From Pirellula staleyi DSM 6068 (GTDB lineage: Bacteria; Planctomycetota; Planctomycetia; Pirellulales; Pirellulaceae), in the NCBI GenBank assembly GCA_000025185.1, contig CP001848.1:480001-512000 (forward strand): a DNA stretch of 32,000 nt, in the 5' to 3' direction. Below the pieces are notes generated by a model. It saw nothing but the letters and a program-made list of their open reading frames with translations. It had not been told where the DNA came from and searched no databases. Positions 8,442 to 17,407 of the stretch are shown here, piece by piece. Position 1 is the first letter of the stretch; each line of letters begins with the position of its first letter. Made by a program: the position numbers and the translations under genes.

Positions 8442-10496
8442 TTACCCCAGCAGTTTGGCGCTGAGCTGGGTGGTGGCGGCGGCGATGAGGCGATCGCGAA
8501 TGGTGTCGGCTTCGGCGGCGGTGAGGGTGCCGTCGGTCCCGCGGAGCGAGAAGCTGAAGAGAATCCGCTTCTTGTTTTCGCCATCGCGCGCGGTGTCGCG
8601 GTAGGTATCGCGATACTCGAGCGTTTCGAGCGCCGGTCCAGCAGCAGCGCGAACGACCGATTCGAGCTGTTGCCACCGCAGCGGCTCGTCGACAATCAAG
8701 TTCACGTCGCGCGTCGTGGCGGGATAGGGACTCAGCGGCGAGAACTTTGCAATCTTCACCGCATGCTTGGCGAGGAGGCTCAAACTAATCTCCAGCACCG
8801 TTGTTTTTTCGCGCAGGCCGAACGTCTTAAGCCCTTCCGCTGATAGCGAACCAATCACGCCGAGCAGCTGGCCATCGAGGTGTAAGGCGACGTACTGATA
8901 GCGCGTCATCAGCGGATGTTTCAGATCGCTGATCGTGATCTTCGCAGCTGGATTGATTGCCTCAACGAGCGATTCGGCGACACCCTTCACACTCAAAAAA
9001 TCACCGCCGCTCACAGCAGTGAGGGTCCACTGCTCTTGGGGAAGTCGTGGTACCGTGGTGGCAGCACTGTCGCTGGCTACGAGTGCATCGGAGAGATAGA
9101 TCCGCGCGGTCTCGAACAGCTGACAATCGGGATTCGAGAGCGATTCGTTAATCCGCCGCGCGTCGAGCAGCGAAGGTATTACACTGCGCCGCAAACGATC
9201 GGCACCTTTAAGCATCGGCGTGGCTGCAACCAGCGGCTCGGCTGTGCTCCAAGGCGAAATCGTGTTCGACCAACTCTCGGGGACCACGCTGGCGGTGAGG
9301 GCTTCACTATAGCCACTACCGGTCATCACGCTGCGAACCTTTTCAAGCACGCGATCAGCATCCGATTTGTGCGACGCTGCCATCGGCACGCGGGCATCTT
9401 CGGGAATATGCTCGTAGCCATGAATGCGGGCAACTTCCTCGACCAGATCGATCTCGCGCGTCAGATCACGCCGCCACGAAGGAGCAATGGTGGTGATCGA
9501 TTCAGTGCTGAGATTCTGCTCGGTGCAGCCGAGCGCGGTGATGATGCGGCGAATCTCCGTCGGCGCGATTTCAATTCCCAGCACTCGCTTTACTTGCGAG
9601 AAGCGAAGCGTCACCGCAGGCTGTTTTGGATTAGCAATGCTGACATCCACGACACCTTCGGCCAGTTCGCCACCGGCGAGATCGATCAATAGCTCGGCAC
9701 AGCGGCGGCTGGCCCAGTCGACTCCTTCGGGATCGACACCGCGCTCGAAGCGGTACGACGAGGGACTCTTAAGTGTCAGTTTGCGCGCCGTTGTGCGGAC
9801 ACTCAGTGGCGCGAAACGAGCAGCTTCGATCACGATGTCGCGTGTCCCCTCAGAGACTTCGCTATCGGCACCACCCATCACACCAGCGATGGCGATCGGC
9901 TTCTCGCCATCGGCAATCACGCACATCGCAGGATCAAGTGCATAGCTACGATGATCGATCGCGGTGATCGTTTCGCCACTCTTCGCCCGGCGGACAATGA
10001 TCGTTTGTTTGGCAAGCTTCGCCAGATCGAACGCGTGCAAAGGCTGGCCACATTCCATCAGCACGTAGTTGGTGATGTCGACCACGTTGTTCACCACGCC
10101 GATGCCGAGCGTACGTAGACGCGACTGCATCCATTCCGGTGACGGTTTGATCTTCACGCCACGAACGACGCGCGCGATGTACTGCGGCGCGAGGTCGGGA
10201 CATTCGACGATCACGTTCACGAGGCTGGTCGCGAGTGATTTGTCGCTCGACTTAGGCCTAGGATTAGGAATCGTGAGTGGCACGCCGTAGAGCACCGCAG
10301 CTTCGCGCGCGATGCCGTGATGTCCGAGGCAATCGGGGCGGTTGCTCGTAACTTCCAGATCGATGGCGAAATCGCCCCCGGCGACCTGCTCGGTCGATTC
10401 GTGATTCAGCCCCGCCATCATCAGGCGTGTGGCCAGCTCATCGGGCGTGACGCTGAGTTTGACGTAGTCGGCGAGCCAGTTCCAAGAGACGATCAT
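8442..10496 (-). CDS. pheT: Phenylalanine--tRNA ligase beta subunit, a short form lacking the N-terminal OB-fold tRNA-binding (B2) domain
   Basis: MIVSWNWLADYV...ELATRLMMAGLNHE (B1) runs directly into FAIDLEVTSNRPDCLGHHGIAREAA. The B3/4, B5 and C-terminal FDX-ACB-like regions are present. It lies downstream of pheS. Confidence 0.95.
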   Translation of the reverse strand: MIVSWNWLADYVKLSVTPDELATRLMMAGLNHESTEQVAGGDFAIDLEVTSNRPDCLGHHGIAREAAVLYGVPLTIPNPRPKSSDKSLATSLVNVIVECPDLAPQYIARVVRGVKIKPSPEWMQSRLRTLGIGVVNNVVDITNYVLMECGQPLHAFDLAKLAKQTIIVRRAKSGETITAIDHRSYALDPAMCVIADGEKPIAIAGVMGGADSEVSEGTRDIVIEAARFAPLSVRTTARKLTLKSPSSYRFERGVDPEGVDWASRRCAELLIDLAGGELAEGVVDVSIANPKQPAVTLRFSQVKRVLGIEIAPTEIRRIITALGCTEQNLSTESITTIAPSWRRDLTREIDLVEEVARIHGYEHIPEDARVPMAASHKSDADRVLEKVRSVMTGSGYSEALTASVVPESWSNTISPWSTAEPLVAATPMLKGADRLRRSVIPSLLDARRINESLSNPDCQLFETARIYLSDALVASDSAATTVPRLPQEQWTLTAVSGGDFLSVKGVAESLVEAINPAAKITISDLKHPLMTRYQYVALHLDGQLLGVIGSLSAEGLKTFGLREKTTVLEISLSLLAKHAVKIAKFSPLSPYPATTRDVNLIVDEPLRWQQLESVVRAAAGPALETLEYRDTYRDTARDGENKKRILFSFSLRGTDGTLTAAEADTIRDRLIAAATTQLSAKLLG

Positions 10497-10561
10497 GATC
10501 GAGCACTACCGAAAAAGTTTGATTTGTAGGGCAGACTATCAATGGTTGTCAGGAGAGATTC

Positions 10562-10704
10562 GGGTGGCACTGCTGGCTTGTCCAGCAGTGAGCAGTTCAA
10601 GATGACATTGACAACTAGTTCTGACCACCTCGAGCCGTAGATCAATCTCTCAAAACTAACCTTTTGTGAGACTCGCACTGCTGGACAAGCCAGCAGTGCC
10701 ACCC
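10562..10704. repeat. Perfect 29-bp inverted repeat (arms 10562-10590 and 10676-10704) flanking an 85-nt lower-GC spacer; each arm is itself a 9-bp hairpin
   Basis: The left arm gggtggcactgctggcttgtccagcagtg is the exact reverse complement of the right arm cactgctggacaagccagcagtgccaccc. Within each arm, cactgctgg pairs with ccagcagtg across a 5-nt loop. The element sits in the 225-nt pheS-pheT spacer. Confidence 0.85.
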
Positions 10705-10721
10705 AGATTTCACCATGCACC

Positions 10722-11759
10722 CTAGAACTGCTGCAGGAAGCGGATGTCGTTTTTGTAGAACTCGCGAATGTCGGTGACGCCGTGACGTCGCATGCAAAGC
10801 CGCTCGATACCGAGACCAAATGCAAAGCCACTCACCTTTTCAGGATCGTAGCCGACCGCTCGTAGCACATTGGGATCGACCATTCCAGCGCCGCCGAATT
10901 CCATCCAGCGCTCGCCCCACTTCATGTCGACTTCAACACTTGGTTCGGTGAACGGGAAGAAGCTGGGGCGAAAACGAATCTGCACTTCCGGGCCCAAATA
11001 GCTGACGGCAAAAAGTCGCAGCACGCTTTTCAGGTCGGCCATCGTCACGCTGGTGTCGATCAGCAGGCCTTCCATCTGATGGAACATCGGGTAGTGGGTC
11101 GCATCGGCAGCATCGGGACGATAGACGCGCCCAAGCGAGATGATGCGAATCGGTGGCTGGCGATTCTCCATCACACGGATCTGCACGGTGCTAGTTTGAC
11201 TACGCAGCAGTAGCGGACTTGCCGTGGGTGCGGCGACCGGGCCGGACTGCGTGGCGACCGACAGGTAGAAGTTGTCGAGCGGATCGCGTGCCGGATGTTC
11301 GAGCGGGATGTTGAGCGCTTCGAAGTTGTGATAGTCGTCTTCGATCTCCGGGCCATCGGCGACCGAGAAACCGAGACGACCCATGATGTCCTTAAGTTCG
11401 TCGATCGTTTGCGAGAGTGGGTGCAAACGTCCGAGGCGCACACGGCGACCAGGAAGCGTGGGATCGGGAAGTGGTCCGGAGGGAGCAACTTCTTCGCGCG
11501 CTTTGAGATCAGCGGATGCCTTCTCAAACGCGGCTTCGATCGCTTGCTTGGCTTCGTTGAAGCGTTTGCCAGCGCCGGGCTTGTCTTCCTTGGCGACTTG
11601 GCCGAGCCCCTTTTGGGCGTCCTTGAGCTTTCCCGATTTTGCCCCGAGGAACTCGATGCGAGCCTCTTCGAGAGCGGCGGGAGACGTAGCTGCCGAGAAG
11701 GCTGCGACGGCAGCGGCTTCGAGAGCATCGAGCTGGCTAGTGAAGTCGGCGAGTTGCAT
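10722..11759 (-). CDS. pheS: Phenylalanine--tRNA ligase alpha subunit
   Basis: [19 protein letters not shown]...[14 protein letters not shown]...[12 protein letters not shown]...[21 protein letters not shown]...FFPFTEPS...[10 protein letters not shown]...AFGLGIERL are class II aaRS PheS motifs. I placed the start at ATG 11759 ([10 protein letters not shown]) rather than 11816. Confidence 0.95.
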   Translation of the reverse strand: MQLADFTSQLDALEAAAVAAFSAATSPAALEEARIEFLGAKSGKLKDAQKGLGQVAKEDKPGAGKRFNEAKQAIEAAFEKASADLKAREEVAPSGPLPDPTLPGRRVRLGRLHPLSQTIDELKDIMGRLGFSVADGPEIEDDYHNFEALNIPLEHPARDPLDNFYLSVATQSGPVAAPTASPLLLRSQTSTVQIRVMENRQPPIRIISLGRVYRPDAADATHYPMFHQMEGLLIDTSVTMADLKSVLRLFAVSYLGPEVQIRFRPSFFPFTEPSVEVDMKWGERWMEFGGAGMVDPNVLRAVGYDPEKVSGFAFGLGIERLCMRRHGVTDIREFYKNDIRFLQQF

Positions 11760-12052
11760 GATCGTGGCCTGCCAGTGAAGCGCCTTGGCAAAAACCAATC
11801 GCTCGTCGCTGAGCACACCCCGCTGCGAGTTCGTGGCCCCGATGGAGTGGCCCGCGATCTTGGCTATGTGTGCCGCTGCCGACCCAAGCTATCGTGCCGG
11901 AGGCGAAGATTGCACGAGGAAACAGCCGCGTTGCTATTTCCTCAGGCGTAGAGAGACATCGTGGGACCTCGCGCGGTTCACGCCGCTGCGACATGTTTCG
12001 CAGTAGCGTGCGGACGAGGGCTATACATCAGAACCGAGCGATCGTGAAAGCC

Positions 12053-12427
12053 TTAGGCTTCGATCTTCTTGGCACTGATGAGAGCGTCTTTCACCAAAGC
12101 GAACACGGCATCGAAAGCTGCTGGATCGCAAACGGCGATTTCCGACAGGCTCTTGCGATCGAGTTCGATCTTGGCCATGCCCATCCCGTAGATGAACTGG
12201 CTATAGCGGAGACCACGCTCGCGGCAAGCGGCATTCAGACGAATGATCCAGAGCTTGCGGAACTCACGCTTCTTGGCGCGTCGATCGCGAAACGCGAAAT
12301 CGCCGGCGCGGAGCAGCGTCTCCTTGATCGTACGGAGCAGCTTGCGACGGCCGCCGACGTATCCCTTGGCTCGTTTACGAAGACGTTTGTTAGCTCGCGT
12401 ACGAGCTGAACCCTTCATGGCACGCAT
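12053..12427 (-). CDS. rplT: 50S ribosomal protein L20
   Basis: RKRAKGYVGGRRKLLRTIKETLLRAGDFAFRDRRAKKREFRKLWIIRLNAACRERGLRYSQFI is a canonical L20 sequence. The exact start (12427 or 12418) is uncertain. Confidence 0.95.
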   Translation of the reverse strand: MRAMKGSARTRANKRLRKRAKGYVGGRRKLLRTIKETLLRAGDFAFRDRRAKKREFRKLWIIRLNAACRERGLRYSQFIYGMGMAKIELDRKSLSEIAVCDPAAFDAVFALVKDALISAKKIEA

Positions 12428-12682
12428 GGAAGTAATCTTTCAATCGGTGGTACCCCTAGGCCTTTGGCAACCGCCAAATGTTCGTCGCCCGTGTACGCAT
12501 CGCTTGGCCAGTCGTCGCGAAGAGGCTCATTTCGATGAGCGTTCGAAACAACCGCCGATTTTGGAATAGCCCGCGAGACTGTTTTGGGCACCTTCGTTGA
12601 GGTGAGCGAAAACTTGTCTTGCTACTCCGTGGGTCGATCTCAGTCGTTAGTTTTCGCAGGACAGGATCTGTCCCGCAAACCA

Positions 12683-12886
12683 CTACAAGCTGTAGGCGCC
12701 CAGGGCTGCGACGATTTGGTGCGACATCGTGGTCTCGAGCACGCGTGTGCCACGGAGGTTACGACGGCGCTTCTTCGACCGACGGGTGGCCAAGTGACTC
12801 GTCCCAGCAGCGCGGTGCTTGATCTTACCGCGGGCCGTGAGGCGGAATCGCTTCTTGGTACCCTTATGGGTCTTCATCTTGGGCAT
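12683..12886 (-). CDS. rpmI: 50S ribosomal protein L35
   Basis: MPKMKTHKGTKKRFRLTARGKIKHRAAGTSHL...RRNLR is a canonical L35 sequence. Confidence 0.95.
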   Translation of the reverse strand: MPKMKTHKGTKKRFRLTARGKIKHRAAGTSHLATRRSKKRRRNLRGTRVLETTMSHQIVAALGAYSL

Positions 12887-13176
12887 GACAACAACTCCCT
12901 GGCCGGGGTTCCAAAGCGGAACGCAAGGCCGTCAGTTCCGCTTCTTCTGATGCGCACCGCGCACGCGGCGAGCGCAAGAACAAGCGGAGTATCGGAAATT
13001 CGGAAGCCCCGCATTGTAGATTTCCCCCCGCCAACGCAAAAGGGGGAACAGGGAAGAAAAGGGGCAGGATTCAAGGGACTTGGGTCGAGAGGCGGGAGAT
13101 GAGGGAGCAACCTCGCCACAACTACTTTAACTGATTGCACTTATGCCTCGACTACAACTCTCGCCACGGTTTGCAA

Positions 13177-13192
13177 GGCATTCTAGAATGCC
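13177..13192. repeat. Perfect 16-bp palindrome GGCATTCTAGAATGCC
   Basis: ggcattctagaatgcc equals its own reverse complement. A 14/16 near-copy lies at 13385-13400. Confidence 0.8.
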
Positions 13193-13373
13193 AACACAAC
13201 TCTTTTTTCTGCAGATACTTACGACAACAAACGAGCTAATCCTCTGCCACAGTCAGCAGATCACAAATCCGCCAACAACCGCTTGACGACATCCATTCTG
13301 AGCCAACGAGCAGGTCGGCCAAAAGCGTAGACGACCAACAGCACTTATGCTCGCAAGTCGACAACGAATTCAC

Positions 13374-13412
13374 GCGAGCTCGATGGCATTGCAGAATGCC
13401 GACCGAGCTCGC
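13374..13412 (-). terminator. Two-tier stem-loop about 40 nt downstream of the 1170-aa gene stop; terminator-like but with no U-run
   Basis: The outer 9-bp stem is gcgagctcg/cgagctcgc. The inner motif ggcattgcagaatgcc is the second copy of the GGCATT-N2-AGAATGCC motif. No T-tract follows on the minus strand. Confidence 0.35.
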
Positions 13413-13449
13413 AGAACCTGAATGGGGTCTCTTTTCTTACTCCGCCAGC

Positions 13450-16400
13450 CTACGGAAGAATCTGAGCAGGCAAGCCTGGCGGAAGTTGCTCTAGTCCGCC
13501 ACCTTGCTCGCCCGCACCTAGGACAGCATCGAGGCAAGGCAGCACGATGTTGGCCCCACCAGCAGCTGGAGGCGATTGTGCGGCTGGCTTTTCGCAACCG
13601 CACGGCGTAACCGACACTTCGATGCTATCGAGCATCTTCACCACGGTCGCGTTTCCGAACACCAAATAGCCGGTGATTTTCAACGTGAACTTGCCATCCT
13701 TCGAGAGCGGCTGCACTTCTCTCATCTTGGAGTTAACCGCGCCCCTTAAATCACCCATACTGATAGTGCCAAAATACGAAGTGCCAGTAGCGACCGCGAC
13801 ATCAATTTCTTTGGTATACAAAGCCGCCGCACTATCGGGCTTGAAGGTCAACGCTGTTCCATCACCAGCAGTCGCCGTGATCTCTGCAATCAACTTCACC
13901 TTCCCATCATTCACAAAGAAACGATCGTTCTCTGTGCTAACAATAACAGGATTAGGTTCTTTACCAATAACTTGAAAACCGTCTGGATCACAGCAGAAGT
14001 ACAGAGCACCTAGAGATTTGGTATTGAGGAAGCTAAATCCCTTGGGCGCTGGCGCGGCGGGTTTCGAGGGAGTGACACTAACAAATAATGGATTCGAAAG
14101 ACCAGCGGGGGTGCCGACACGCACCTCAAACCCTTGATCGATCGAGTGACTCTTGTTGAGCTTGGTAACTTTCACACGCAACAACTCGCGACTGATCACC
14201 TCCAACTCGCCTGTTGGATTCTCGGAGGCTCCGAGGAAGTGACTTTCTTGACCACCGACGATCACGTGCGTCAGCGTTGGATGGAAGTTCTTTCCGGTTA
14301 GAAAGAATGAAGCTTCAGACGTTGTCGGGGCACCACCTTCTTTGGCAGGTGGGGAATCGGCCTGTAGATACGACAGCCCATAGGTTCCGGTGATTTGTGG
14401 CTTCAGCTGCACGTCTCCCTTACTGAAGAGCGCGGTGCCACTTTGCTCATACTCATAAGGAACATCAACAATGTGCGTCTGCATACCAAGCATCTGTTCG
14501 AGTTGATCGACGCGGCTGACCATTCGCTGAATATCGCCCGGGCGATAACAACCATCATCACTCAAGTTACCCAAACACATTTTCATCTGATGGACTCGAC
14601 CACCCTGGGCGATCATTTCTTCGTAGCTACGTTTGGTAACTCCTGGATGGGCTATGCTCTCCCAGTTGGTAGTAACATCAAAACTCACTTCAGTAACAAA
14701 GCTAGGCATTGCAATCAGCACTTCACACTCGCGCATTCCTGGCTCGAGCTGACGATGCTTGAGATCGTAATGCTCGGTCGGCCCGGTTGACCAGATCGTT
14801 CGCACAAACGAGCCAATATTTGTCGATTCCGTTGGCGGAGCCTGAACACGGGGATAAAAGTACCAGCCAAATGTGTCGTTTCCATGCGAGAATCCGACGC
14901 AAGTGCGATTGAGGTCGATCGTCGCAACATCCAGCCCCAGCTGTCGGCTGTAAGCAAGCTTTTGCGCGGTATTAATGCGCCCTTTAGCTACACTATAAGC
15001 CAATGCCAATTGCATCTCGCGGCGGCGAGCAAAGGCATCATAGACATTCTGCTCTTCCACTTGTGGATCGATTGTAAAGACATGCAGCGGGAAAGCTTCG
15101 CGAACGATCGTGCGCCACAACTGCACTCGTGGTGAATTCGGGTCGGGAAGATCATTTTCTCGGTCGTGTGCATAGAACTGAACTTGGTTGTAACGCACCA
15201 TTTCAACTTCAGTTCGCGACACTTTGCCCTTCAGCTCCAGATCCTCCACAATCTTTAGCAGGTTTTGATTGAGAACACCTGATTGCAATGCAAGGCACCA
15301 GCTGACTGCTTGAAAATTGACATCCATTTTGGTTTCCGCAACATCTAAATGCCAATGGTCTTGATGACCCTTGACTTGGTCGATTTGACCTTTGGCGGTG
15401 CAGATCCCAGCTTCATGAATGATTTGCTGGCCTAGGGAGTAAACGTTCTGCGCCTCCATTGCCGAGTGCACCTGGCTTAGGTAGCTAAACAGAAACTCAC
15501 GAATTTCTTGCTCTTGTAAATCGAGCGGCTGATCACGGCGATACTTGTTGCTCTCTTCTAATTGGCAGTGCAATGACTGTAGGCATTTATCTCCAACAAG
15601 TCGCTGAAAGTTCCCAACTGGCGGTGCGGTGGGAGCGCCAGATGCTGATTCGACTGCTGCATCAGGTCTGTCTGCCATCTGTGACAGGCTGTGCTTCGCC
15701 GCGCCAATGGGAGCTTTGAGGGATTCAGCGGCCGTTTTTGCTTCTGGGGTCGACATGCCTCCGCTGAGAAGCGCAAAATGGTGGGCGATCAACTTTTTGA
15801 AGACACAATCGATTGCGTCTACGATGCTTTCATCGGCAGCTTCTTTATCTGCCTCGATTAATGCCTTGAGTTCAGCGATAGACGTTGTGAGAGCCGTTTT
15901 TGCATCCGATGCCGGAAGTTTACTCACGCCTTTCTCGATGTTGCCGACTTCCTCTTCGAAGTCTGCTTTAGCAGCTTTAACTTTCAGCTCGTGAGCTTGT
16001 TTCTGTTGCGCACTGCTAGCTGGGGCAAGAGCGCCCGTAGGTTGCGCATTTGCTTGGTGAGTCGCCGGTGCACCTGCGGTGGGGCATTTGTGCTTGTAGT
16101 CTCTCAGAATCGGTGTCAAAGCGTCTACTAGGTCGGCGATGACGAGCTTGGGGAAGGTGTAGCGGAGATGGGCTTCGTCGACTTCGAGTTGAGCGCGGAG
16201 GGAGACAACAGCGGAGTGGCCACGATGGGTTTCTCGACCGGGCAAAACCGAGACGGGAACGCGGAACTTATAAAGTCCATAACCTGCAGCTCGGCTGTTG
16301 TCGTCACCCATATGACGACGGCGAAGCGCTTGGCAAACATCAATATAGGTGGCGTGTTGTCGGGCCAGTTCCGTGGGTTCCACACCAATTCCACCACTAG

Positions 16401-16962
16401 CCGAAGGAGGTGCGGCAGCTTTGGCTTTCGAGATGAGATCAAATAGCGCAACGTCATCAATGTCGGCATAATGAGGATCGATCAGCGTTGGCACTATGGT
16501 GGTATTGTTTTGGGGTGCCGCTACTGCAGTTCCACCCGCAGGTGCAGCGCCGCCACCGAGCGATGCTGCAAAACTGGTTGAACTTTGAAATTCGGCACTA
16601 TCGCTGCGGGCGATGTAGGCTTGTAGGGTTTCATCAAACTTCTTGGTGCGCTGTGCCAGCTCAGCATCGAATTCTTGCAAGAAGTGCATCAAGTTGCCGT
16701 CGCCCCAAACATCGGGCTTTTTGACGGTGATCGTTCCGTCGCGACGCAGGTCGTCTTCAATGATGGTGAGATCGCGCGCAAAACCCATAATTGGGTCGAC
16801 TGCGGCCCGCGATTGCAGATCGGCATGACGACGCTTGAAAGTGGCGTCGACAGCAGTGCTGCGGTGCCGGCCGTCGGGCTGTCGTTGCCATGGATACGCA
16901 CAGCCTGCAAACAACAATGAAGTGGCCAGCAAAGCTGCTGCCAACATGCGGAACGAAATCAT
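13450..16962 (-). CDS. Large (1170 aa) hypothetical lipoprotein with an IPT/TIG-like domain and a Lys/Ala/Glu-rich helical region
   Basis: Signal peptide plus lipobox MISFRMLAAALLATSLLFAGC. The IPT-like segment FFLTGKNFHPTLTHVIVGGQESHF...ELEVISRELLRVKV...VRVGTPAGLSNPLFVSV lies at about nt 14060-14315. The gene is visibly lower in GC than its neighbours. I recognise no family for the remainder. Confidence 0.7.
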   Translation of the reverse strand: MISFRMLAAALLATSLLFAGCAYPWQRQPDGRHRSTAVDATFKRRHADLQSRAAVDPIMGFARDLTIIEDDLRRDGTITVKKPDVWGDGNLMHFLQEFDAELAQRTKKFDETLQAYIARSDSAEFQSSTSFAASLGGGAAPAGGTAVAAPQNNTTIVPTLIDPHYADIDDVALFDLISKAKAAAPPSASGGIGVEPTELARQHATYIDVCQALRRRHMGDDNSRAAGYGLYKFRVPVSVLPGRETHRGHSAVVSLRAQLEVDEAHLRYTFPKLVIADLVDALTPILRDYKHKCPTAGAPATHQANAQPTGALAPASSAQQKQAHELKVKAAKADFEEEVGNIEKGVSKLPASDAKTALTTSIAELKALIEADKEAADESIVDAIDCVFKKLIAHHFALLSGGMSTPEAKTAAESLKAPIGAAKHSLSQMADRPDAAVESASGAPTAPPVGNFQRLVGDKCLQSLHCQLEESNKYRRDQPLDLQEQEIREFLFSYLSQVHSAMEAQNVYSLGQQIIHEAGICTAKGQIDQVKGHQDHWHLDVAETKMDVNFQAVSWCLALQSGVLNQNLLKIVEDLELKGKVSRTEVEMVRYNQVQFYAHDRENDLPDPNSPRVQLWRTIVREAFPLHVFTIDPQVEEQNVYDAFARRREMQLALAYSVAKGRINTAQKLAYSRQLGLDVATIDLNRTCVGFSHGNDTFGWYFYPRVQAPPTESTNIGSFVRTIWSTGPTEHYDLKHRQLEPGMRECEVLIAMPSFVTEVSFDVTTNWESIAHPGVTKRSYEEMIAQGGRVHQMKMCLGNLSDDGCYRPGDIQRMVSRVDQLEQMLGMQTHIVDVPYEYEQSGTALFSKGDVQLKPQITGTYGLSYLQADSPPAKEGGAPTTSEASFFLTGKNFHPTLTHVIVGGQESHFLGASENPTGELEVISRELLRVKVTKLNKSHSIDQGFEVRVGTPAGLSNPLFVSVTPSKPAAPAPKGFSFLNTKSLGALYFCCDPDGFQVIGKEPNPVIVSTENDRFFVNDGKVKLIAEITATAGDGTALTFKPDSAAALYTKEIDVAVATGTSYFGTISMGDLRGAVNSKMREVQPLSKDGKFTLKITGYLVFGNATVVKMLDSIEVSVTPCGCEKPAAQSPPAAGGANIVLPCLDAVLGAGEQGGGLEQLPPGLPAQILP

Positions 16963-17388
16963 TTTAATACCCCCGTCGAATCATGCTTCCCAATCGCTAA
17001 GGTCAGCGAACTTAGACCGTAACGATTGCTTCGGTTTTGCGACGTAGGCAAGTTGAAGCAAAACTACCGATTTGTGGGGATATTATCCCGGCTAAAGTCG
17101 ATCTGCAGATTGCTGGTTAGAGCTTTGGAACCACATCAACCTCGAGGAACAACGCAAACCCCAACCTTAATCCAGTAGAGTATTTGATTCGCCGATACCC
17201 TCACGCTTTACTATGAAAAACGAGTTGCTAGGTCCTATCCTTGGTTGCGAGCCTCTCCAAACCGTTACGAGGGGGTTCTACTGAAGACAAAGATCGAACT
17301 TAAGGGTGGTTTATTTCACAATAGCATCCGCAATGTCGGCGTTCGATGCTGCGGATTGGGGATTGTGCTAGCAGCGGTGGGTGCGTAA

Positions 17389-17407
17389 GGGGTGGGCAGG
17401 GATGGGG
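17389..17407 (+). other. Canonical G-quadruplex motif GGGG-T-GGG-CA-GGG-AT-GGGG
   Basis: ggggtgggcagggatgggg has four G-tracts of at least 3 nt with loops of 1, 2 and 2 nt. Further G-tracts flank it (ggtggg upstream, gagggg downstream). It lies about 230 nt upstream of argH in a 677-nt intergenic region. Confidence 0.5.

Noticed and set aside
11760-12052. The 293-nt region upstream of pheS, examined for a T-box riboswitch or a Phe-rich leader peptide/attenuator
   Set aside because: There is no T-box consensus (GGTGGTACCGCG-like) and no short ORF with consecutive Phe codons. Only weak 4-5 bp stems precede a GGTTTTTG run. The 85-aa ORF 11737..11994 looks spurious.
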